Shown in pieces: positions 57,890 to 64,000 of a stretch of DNA of 64,000 nt. The DNA is from an uncultured Hyphomicrobiales bacterium (GTDB lineage Bacteria; Bacteroidota; Ignavibacteria; Kapaibacteriales; UBA2268), in assembly GCA_964581505.1 (NCBI GenBank), contig CAZOOR010000003.1, positions 19,659-83,658 of the forward strand. Direction: 5' to 3'. The notes under the pieces were generated by a model that was not told where the DNA came from, searched no databases, and was given only the letters and a program-made list of their open reading frames with translations. Each line of letters begins with the position of its first letter. Within the stretch, counting starts at the first letter, position 1. Made by a program: the position numbers and the translations under genes.

Positions 57890-59377
57890 TTAGAGTATGC
57901 TCTTACCACCTCTTACTTTTTCCAATGCCCAAGTGAACACTTTTAAATATTCCGCCGCAGTGCGTACGGAAGAATAATCCGCCCGCATTGCATTCTGTCT
58001 AATTGTTGTCCAATGTGGTTCGTTCATATATACATCTATTGCACGCGAAATTGCATATTGTAAATCGGAACCGATATAATTATAGAAAGTGAAACCGTTG
58101 CCTTCCTGTTCGTTATAATGATATTCAAAGACGGTATCTGCAAGTCCGCCTACCTGCCGAACAATAGGAATAGTTCCATAACGCAAAGCATACATCTGTG
58201 TCAGTCCGCAGGGTTCGAAACGGGACGGCATTAATAGGAAATCGGAAGCCGCAATTAGCCTATGAGATTGTGCATTGTCGTAGCCAATATGTATTAATGC
58301 ACGCTCGGGATACTTGACAGCAAGATTGTTGAAATAATCAACATATCTCTGTTCGCCGCTGCCGAGCAAAGCAAAACGAATCTTGCCTTCGGCTAATAAT
58401 GGTTCTAATATTTCCATAAGTATATCTATGCCCTTCTGTTCTGCCAGACGAGATACCATACCGAATAGGGGGAGAGATATATTGTCATCTTTGTTCACTC
58501 CTTTCTCTTCGAGGAAATATACTTTGTTGATGCGCTTGCTCGGTAGATTATTTAAATCGTATTTTATTTTGATATTACTGTCATTCTCGGGACTCCATTC
58601 TTCATAATAGACACCATTGAGAATGCCGATTAAATCAGCGGCACGATGTCTCAAAACCTCATCTAAATCCTCTCCGTAATAATCTGTTTTGATTTCCTCA
58701 GCATAGTTAGGGCTTACGGTTGTAATTTTATCGGCAAACATAATACCCGTTTTCATTAGATTTATATTACCGCGATGCTCAAACCAAGAATCCTGATAAA
58801 AATCTTCATAAGGGATATTAATTAGAGGTAAAATAGTATCGGGTGCAAATATGCCTTGATATGCCAAATTATGAATAGTGTATATTCCGGCAGTGTATTT
58901 AAATCTTTCCTCGTGTATATAGTGTGATTTTAGGAATGACAGTACAAGTGCCGTATGATAGTCGTGTGCGTGGATAATATCCGGTTTGAAATCAAGTATA
59001 GAAGCGGCGCTAAATATAGCCCTGCTAAAAAATGTAAATCTGCGATAATTGTCTTCATATTCATGGGGGTTGCCATAAATTCCATCTCTTTCAAAATAAT
59101 CGGCATTCTCAATCAAATATACCGGAACATCGCTGTCCGGTAGTTTGCCTTCCCAAAGTGTGCCGTATTCCGTCCAATAGTTCATTGGCACATCTACCTG
59201 CTTGTCTGTTCGGCGGAAACCCCAACGCTCACAATCAATATTTTTGTATTTAGGAAGGAAAACAATTGGATTGTGTCCGAATTTTTCCCACTCAATAGGC
59301 AATGCGCGTGTCATATCCGCAAGACCGCCCGCTTTTGCAAATGGTGCTAATTCCGCCGCAACTACTATGATATTCAT
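57890..59377 (-). CDS. glgA: glycogen synthase (ADP-glucose type, GT5)
   Basis: MNIIVVAAELAPFAKAGGLADM (KxGGL motif); 495 aa. Confidence 0.9.
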   Translation of the reverse strand: MNIIVVAAELAPFAKAGGLADMTRALPIEWEKFGHNPIVFLPKYKNIDCERWGFRRTDKQVDVPMNYWTEYGTLWEGKLPDSDVPVYLIENADYFERDGIYGNPHEYEDNYRRFTFFSRAIFSAASILDFKPDIIHAHDYHTALVLSFLKSHYIHEERFKYTAGIYTIHNLAYQGIFAPDTILPLINIPYEDFYQDSWFEHRGNINLMKTGIMFADKITTVSPNYAEEIKTDYYGEDLDEVLRHRAADLIGILNGVYYEEWSPENDSNIKIKYDLNNLPSKRINKVYFLEEKGVNKDDNISLPLFGMVSRLAEQKGIDILMEILEPLLAEGKIRFALLGSGEQRYVDYFNNLAVKYPERALIHIGYDNAQSHRLIAASDFLLMPSRFEPCGLTQMYALRYGTIPIVRQVGGLADTVFEYHYNEQEGNGFTFYNYIGSDLQYAISRAIDVYMNEPHWTTIRQNAMRADYSSVRTAAEYLKVFTWALEKVRGGKSIL

Positions 59378-59439
59378 TTCAAAAACAAAAATTTATATTC
59401 AACATTTTGATAAGAAACAAGATAAGAAAAAATTAATAA

Positions 59440-60285
59440 TTAAAATGAATCGGGTTTGCAAATGTGGGTTCTGTATGTCGGAAACTTTTCCACAGCGGCT
59501 TTTACAGATTTTTCATCATTAAAAAAACCGTAAATAGTCGAACCGCTTCCGGACATTAACGCAAACAATGCACCCGAATCGTAAAGTTCACTTTTAATTG
59601 TTGCTAATTGGGGTTCTTGTTTGAATGCCGTTTCCTCAAAATCATTTTTCACATATTCCCGTAATTTCTCGGGTTGATGTATCAATGTATGTATTAATTC
59701 CGAATGGTCGCTTGTTGCTATCGGTTCATAAGTACGATTGAGTGATTTGTATGCGGCGGCAGTAGAAATATGTATTCCCGGCATTATTAGAACGATGTAA
59801 TAGGGTAGTCGGAGCTGGAATGGAGTTAGTATTTCGCCGCGGCTTTTTCCAATTGCACTTGTTTTGTCTTGCAAAAAGAAAGGAATATCCGAACCGAGTG
59901 CAGTTGCCGCCGCTATTAATTCATCATTATTTAACGGGAGATTGAAAAAATTAGCAAGTCCTCTCATAACGTTAGCGGCATCGCTCGAACCCCCGGCAAG
60001 TCCGGCTCCCGCAGGAATGTGTTTAGTAATTGTGATTTTTACAGGTAATTTGTCTAATTTGAATACTCTTTGAAACTCCAAAGCCGCTTTGTATGCCAGA
60101 TTGTTTTCCTGTTGAATTTGCATGTCGGAATTAAAAACAAAAATAAAGTTTTCACTATTTTCTATTATTAATTCGTCTGCAAGACAGATTTTGTGAAAAA
60201 TCGTATTAATATTGTGATAATCATCGGTTCTTTTGTTTAATATTTCGAGACCAATGTTTATCTTTGCATTGCAAGTTATGAACAT
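59440..60285 (-). CDS. ispE: 4-(cytidine 5'-diphospho)-2-C-methyl-D-erythritol kinase
   Basis: KINIGLEILNKRTDDYHNINTIF and GHMP-kinase motif PAGAGLAGGSSDAA. Confidence 0.85.
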   Translation of the reverse strand: MFITCNAKINIGLEILNKRTDDYHNINTIFHKICLADELIIENSENFIFVFNSDMQIQQENNLAYKAALEFQRVFKLDKLPVKITITKHIPAGAGLAGGSSDAANVMRGLANFFNLPLNNDELIAAATALGSDIPFFLQDKTSAIGKSRGEILTPFQLRLPYYIVLIMPGIHISTAAAYKSLNRTYEPIATSDHSELIHTLIHQPEKLREYVKNDFEETAFKQEPQLATIKSELYDSGALFALMSGSGSTIYGFFNDEKSVKAAVEKFPTYRTHICKPDSF

Positions 60286-60308
60286 ATATAAATTTTAATT
60301 ATTGATTA

Positions 60309-60971
60309 ATGTCAAAAGTACGGGAAATATCATTCACACAAGAGTTATTACGAAAAGGAATACATCTTATTTCATTGTCAATACCTCTATTATATATCTT
60401 TGTAGATAAAACCACTGCTCTTCTTATTTTATTGCCTCTTACTTTCTTGGCTGTTCTAATAGATTTGATGAGTAAGTTTCGCAACTTTGTACGTCTCTAT
60501 TTGTATAAATTTTTCAGGAAAATGCTTCGTTCGCACGAAACAGAAAAGAAACTAATATTAAATGGAGCCTCATGGGTGCTTATTTCCGCTACGCTCTGCG
60601 TTATCATTTTCCCCAAACTACTTACTGTTGTTTCGTTTACTATATTAATAATATCGGATATAATGGCGGCACTTATTGGTAGAAAGTATGGCAAACACCC
60701 GATATTTGTAGGGAAATCACTTGAAGGCAGTACTGCTTTCGTAATATCTGCTCTTATTGTTGTTTTTATTTATGGTATAGCGTTCTCGGCACCTTGGACT
60801 TATTACGTTGCCGGAATAATAGCCGCCGTTCTCGGTGCTTTGGTCGAAGCTATATCGCCTCTTCTGAAAATTGACGATAACCTTTCCATTCCGATAGGTA
60901 CCGGCATCGTACTTTGGATATTAGGTTTGTTAGCCGCTTCTATCGGCGTACCTTTTCTTTATCTAATCTAA
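60309..60971 (+). CDS. polyprenol/diacylglycerol kinase-like (SEC59/DGK1/VTE5 or CDS-like CTP-dependent) membrane protein
   Basis: Six to seven TM helices with LRKGIHLISLSIPLLY and a C-terminal IPIGTG-type loop; family call is approximate. Confidence 0.5.
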   Translation: MSKVREISFTQELLRKGIHLISLSIPLLYIFVDKTTALLILLPLTFLAVLIDLMSKFRNFVRLYLYKFFRKMLRSHETEKKLILNGASWVLISATLCVIIFPKLLTVVSFTILIISDIMAALIGRKYGKHPIFVGKSLEGSTAFVISALIVVFIYGIAFSAPWTYYVAGIIAAVLGALVEAISPLLKIDDNLSIPIGTGIVLWILGLLAASIGVPFLYLI

Positions 60972-61898
60972 CAATACCGATGTATTAATTTGTAGTCTTC
61001 CGAAATTAAGAGTATTCTTAATTCCTATGCTAATCAAATAGGCTAATTCAATATTTATTCTATCATTAAATGTTGTTCCGAAAGATGCACCTACTGCAAT
61101 GGCATCTTCTTGCAAAGTAGTTCGGCGAGGGTTGGCAGGCAAGGCGTTGTCAAATCCGCTTAGACTTATGTCGTATATGCAAATCCCTTTCAATGCAGTG
61201 TTGGGAACTGACGAAAAACCGCCTTCCAATCTCAAATGCAGTCGGTTGTCGAAATTACCTGTCCGTTGAATATATTTTGTTTCCAATTCGAGAAAACTCG
61301 TTTCCATCTTCAATGTGGCAACAAGTCCTAAATAATACTTGAATGCGTTATAAATATGAAAATTATTCAACGTGTCTTGCTGGAAACCGTTTTTAAGTTT
61401 CTGTGGCAACTGAACGCCCAAGAGTAATGATGTACTTAATGCACCTTTGTTCAGTCTGATAAATGAGCCGAGTTCGTAATATGCCGGAAAAAATGTAGAA
61501 TGCTCCGCACGTGTTATTTTTCGTCCATAAGTAGGGCTAAAACGATTTGTGTCTTTTGTATATGTATTTAAATATGATAAATATACAAGCGGGCATTTTG
61601 CAAATACAGAAAAACCATCGGAAATTGCATATTCTATACGCGGCTTAAAGACATATTCTTTCATCTCAAAAGTATGCTTTAGAAAATAGCTGTAAGGTTG
61701 GTCTTTATTGATTATAATATTAAATGTATCACGTTCTAATATCCTTTGTTTACCTTCTAAATCATATAGGCTGGAAGATGTACCGTATTCCAAATCGCCA
61801 TATATCTTCCAATCTCCTTTTGGGATATATTGAATTTGTGCCTGTACTTGCATATAGGCAAAAAGCGTAACAAATATAAATAGATAGAATTTTCTCAT
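60963..61898 (-). CDS. hypothetical outer-membrane/secreted protein
   Basis: Signal peptide MRKFYLFIFVTLFAYMQVQAQ; beta-rich aromatic composition. Confidence 0.45.
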   Translation of the reverse strand: MRKFYLFIFVTLFAYMQVQAQIQYIPKGDWKIYGDLEYGTSSSLYDLEGKQRILERDTFNIIINKDQPYSYFLKHTFEMKEYVFKPRIEYAISDGFSVFAKCPLVYLSYLNTYTKDTNRFSPTYGRKITRAEHSTFFPAYYELGSFIRLNKGALSTSLLLGVQLPQKLKNGFQQDTLNNFHIYNAFKYYLGLVATLKMETSFLELETKYIQRTGNFDNRLHLRLEGGFSSVPNTALKGICIYDISLSGFDNALPANPRRTTLQEDAIAVGASFGTTFNDRINIELAYLISIGIKNTLNFGRLQINTSVLLD

Positions 61899-61918
61899 TG
61901 TGTTATTCCCGTATTATT

Positions 61919-61949
61919 ATAGACCTGCACGTAATCCGTGCAGGTCTAT
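61919..61949. other. strong 13-bp perfect hairpin between two same-strand genes
   Basis: atagacctgcacg-taatc-cgtgcaggtctat; no clear U-tract on either strand. Confidence 0.4.
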
Positions 61950-61966
61950 ATATATAAGATAGAAAA

Positions 61967-64000
61967 TTATTCAGGCTTCCATTGCGGGAGCATTCCCGGT
62001 ACCCAAGGTGCATTGAGCTTTTGGAGTTCGGCTCTGAGAGACGAAATATCTACACTGACAATCTGGCTCAGCTCGTTCAGCACGGGTGCTAATTGCTCCG
62101 ATGCTATTCTGTAATTGTTCTTCTGTGTTTCGGTCGGGTTGTTATCAGTTGCCCAAATACCCCAAATTACATAGGTCAAACGCTCGACAATAGCAGGTGT
62201 TTGATTTTCATTTCTCTTTGATATTGAGGAATTACCATTTAGTTTTATATTTAGTGCCTGCAATTTCTTTTCAATGTTGCGAACTTTTTCAAGTGTTTTG
62301 ATGTTAACATTTGCCGCAGATAACAGAGATTTTTTGATTAATTTAATTTGTTTCTTTGTTTCATTGAGTAATGATACTGTTGCAAAAACTCCGTTTTCCA
62401 ATCGTGCTGTCTTTTGTTGGAAATCGGCAAGAGCTTTTCTGTTGCTCGTAGGCAGACTTGCATTATTCAGCAGTTTGCAAGTAAATGTTTCGGGTTCCGT
62501 AAGTTTTGTTATTTTTCCATCAACGACTTTTGCCATACATACGCGATACTGTCCGGGAAGTACAGGCATACCGGCATTTTTATTGATATTTGTTTTTTCG
62601 CTGACAGGGGAGACGTCCGAGTAACGCATATCCCAAGTTATCTTACCCACACCTTTTGTTGCCGGTGCTTTCAATAATCTAATTGTATTACCGCTCATAT
62701 CGGTTATTCGGAATAATAGATACGGTGATTGTTCTTCATCTTCGGCTTGTAATTCCGCAAGTGTCGGATATTTAATTGTCTCTCCGTCTTTTTCCGCTTT
62801 TTGCTCTGCCTTTTTCCGCAACTGTTTTTTTGTTTTTATGGATTCTTTTAGATAATAAGTGAAAGTAGCACCGAATGGTGGATTTTTTGCACGATAAAAT
62901 GAAGAACCCTGATTGCGTTTACTAAAAGCATCATCTTGGATATACATTAATGCGTCTTTTATCGGAAAAATAAAAGCATCTTTTTTGAGTACATCGTTAG
63001 TCATTTCTCGCAGTGGTGAATAGTCGTCTAATATATATATACCCCTGCCGAATGTTGCAAGGCATAAATCGTTCTCACGCTTTTGTATTTCAATATCTCG
63101 TATTGCGATTGTCGGCAGACCGGAGGCATGCTTGAACCAAGAGTCGCCGCCGTTTGTTGATATATATAGGCTATATTCCGTACCAAGGAAAAGTAAATTC
63201 GGTTTTATATGGTCTTCGTATATTGTCCAAACAGGTTCATTTTCAGGAATTCCTTTGTTTATTAATTTCCAAGATTTGCCCTTATCATTACTTTTCAATA
63301 CGTATGGCTTGAAATCTGCTCTTTTGTGATTATTGAATGTAGCATATATTACATTTTCATTATGCTGTGATGTGAAAATATCCGAAACATAAGTTGTTTC
63401 AGGTACACTTGCGAATGAGGAAATCTCCCTCCAAGTGTTCCCGCCATCTTCGGTTACTTGTATTAAACCGTCATCTGTACCGATAACAAGTAAATTCTCG
63501 TTAATCGGTGATTCACTCATAGCAACAATATTACCATATAGCGAAGTAGAAGCATTCTTTGCAATGGCATCAGGACTCCATACTTTGCCCATAATCGGGA
63601 GTTCGTTTCGGTCAATTTGTCTCGTTAAATCTTTGCTGATAGCCGTCCATTTGTCGCCTCTGTTGTCCGAGCGAAATACACGGTTTGCCGCAATATAAAT
63701 GCGTGTGGGCGAGTGATTGCTTACTAAAAGCGGTGTATCCCAATTCCAGCGTAATTCCTCATCTTTTTCCGGTTGCGGTTTGATATAAAATACTTCGCCG
63801 CTCTTTCGGTCAAATCTCACCAAATTACCGTACTGCCACTGTCCGTAAACAATGTTTGGATTGTTCGGGTCAATACGTGCCTGATAGCCGTCCCCACCGA
63901 CAACCTGAAACCAAAAATCATTGGTAATACCACCTGATGAGTTCGTGCGTGAAGGTCCGCCCCAAGTGTTATTATCCTGTGTGCCATAATATACATTATA
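61967..64000 (-). CDS. BNR/Asp-box repeat beta-propeller protein (sortilin/VPS10-like). N-terminal part lies beyond the 3' window edge.
   Basis: Repeated S/T-x-D/N-G-G-x-x-W motifs (SDNRGDKW, TEDGGNTW, SNDKGKSW, STNGGDSW). The open frame continues upstream of the track's internal TTG start to position 64000 (YNVYYGTQDNNTWGG...). Confidence 0.7.
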   Translation of the reverse strand, partial: YNVYYGTQDNNTWGGPSRTNSSGGITNDFWFQVVGGDGYQARIDPNNPNIVYGQWQYGNLVRFDRKSGEVFYIKPQPEKDEELRWNWDTPLLVSNHSPTRIYIAANRVFRSDNRGDKWTAISKDLTRQIDRNELPIMGKVWSPDAIAKNASTSLYGNIVAMSESPINENLLVIGTDDGLIQVTEDGGNTWREISSFASVPETTYVSDIFTSQHNENVIYATFNNHKRADFKPYVLKSNDKGKSWKLINKGIPENEPVWTIYEDHIKPNLLFLGTEYSLYISTNGGDSWFKHASGLPTIAIRDIEIQKRENDLCLATFGRGIYILDDYSPLREMTNDVLKKDAFIFPIKDALMYIQDDAFSKRNQGSSFYRAKNPPFGATFTYYLKESIKTKKQLRKKAEQKAEKDGETIKYPTLAELQAEDEEQSPYLLFRITDMSGNTIRLLKAPATKGVGKITWDMRYSDVSPVSEKTNINKNAGMPVLPGQYRVCMAKVVDGKITKLTEPETFTCKLLNNASLPTSNRKALADFQQKTARLENGVFATVSLLNETKKQIKLIKKSLLSAANVNIKTLEKVRNIEKKLQALNIKLNGNSSISKRNENQTPAIVERLTYVIWGIWATDNNPTETQKNNYRIASEQLAPVLNELSQIVSVDISSLRAELQKLNAPWVPGMLPQWKPE

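Noticed and set aside
61919-61949. 13-bp perfect hairpin between BNR-repeat gene and downstream OM-protein gene as a Rho-independent terminator
   Set aside because: No U-tract on either strand. Kept only as an unexplained stem-loop (possible RNA processing/stability element).
1-64000. Search for CRISPR arrays, IS/transposons, integrases, phage genes, rRNA/tRNA
   Set aside because: Coding density leaves no intergenic gap above ~255 nt. I saw no direct-repeat/spacer periodicity, no transposase/integrase/recombinase-like translations, and no tRNA-like cloverleaf sequences in the gaps inspected. I cannot exclude a tRNA with certainty without a dedicated scan.

Overview
The window is a gene-dense chromosomal segment with low GC content. 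Gene content suggests a Bacteroidota/Ignavibacteria-like (FCB group) organism, but that is inference. About 52 protein-coding genes, mostly with tight spacing and many 1-11 nt overlaps. Content is mainly housekeeping, plus one large exopolysaccharide/glycosylation locus at ~17.1-31.2 kb. I found no rRNA, tRNA, CRISPR array, transposase, integrase or phage gene, and no long repeats. Several strong Rho-independent terminator hairpins are visible, including a perfect 43-nt palindrome. I found no single obvious novel system. The candidates worth a second look are the Lon protease gene abutting a DUF58 (vWA-like) gene with zero spacing, where a MoxR-type ATPase gene would normally sit. A 322-aa orphan protein carries a C-terminal HEPN-like R-N-x3-H motif. 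MutL has no canonical start codon upstream of its conserved N-terminus. A GT2 domain is fused to a decayed phosphoglycosyltransferase domain. ArsC, DsrE, a small membrane protein and TauE form a run. A PEP-utilizing phosphotransferase carries an N-terminal Cys4 cluster and an uncharacterised C-terminal domain. All functional calls come from remembered family motifs read directly from the translations; no database search was possible.
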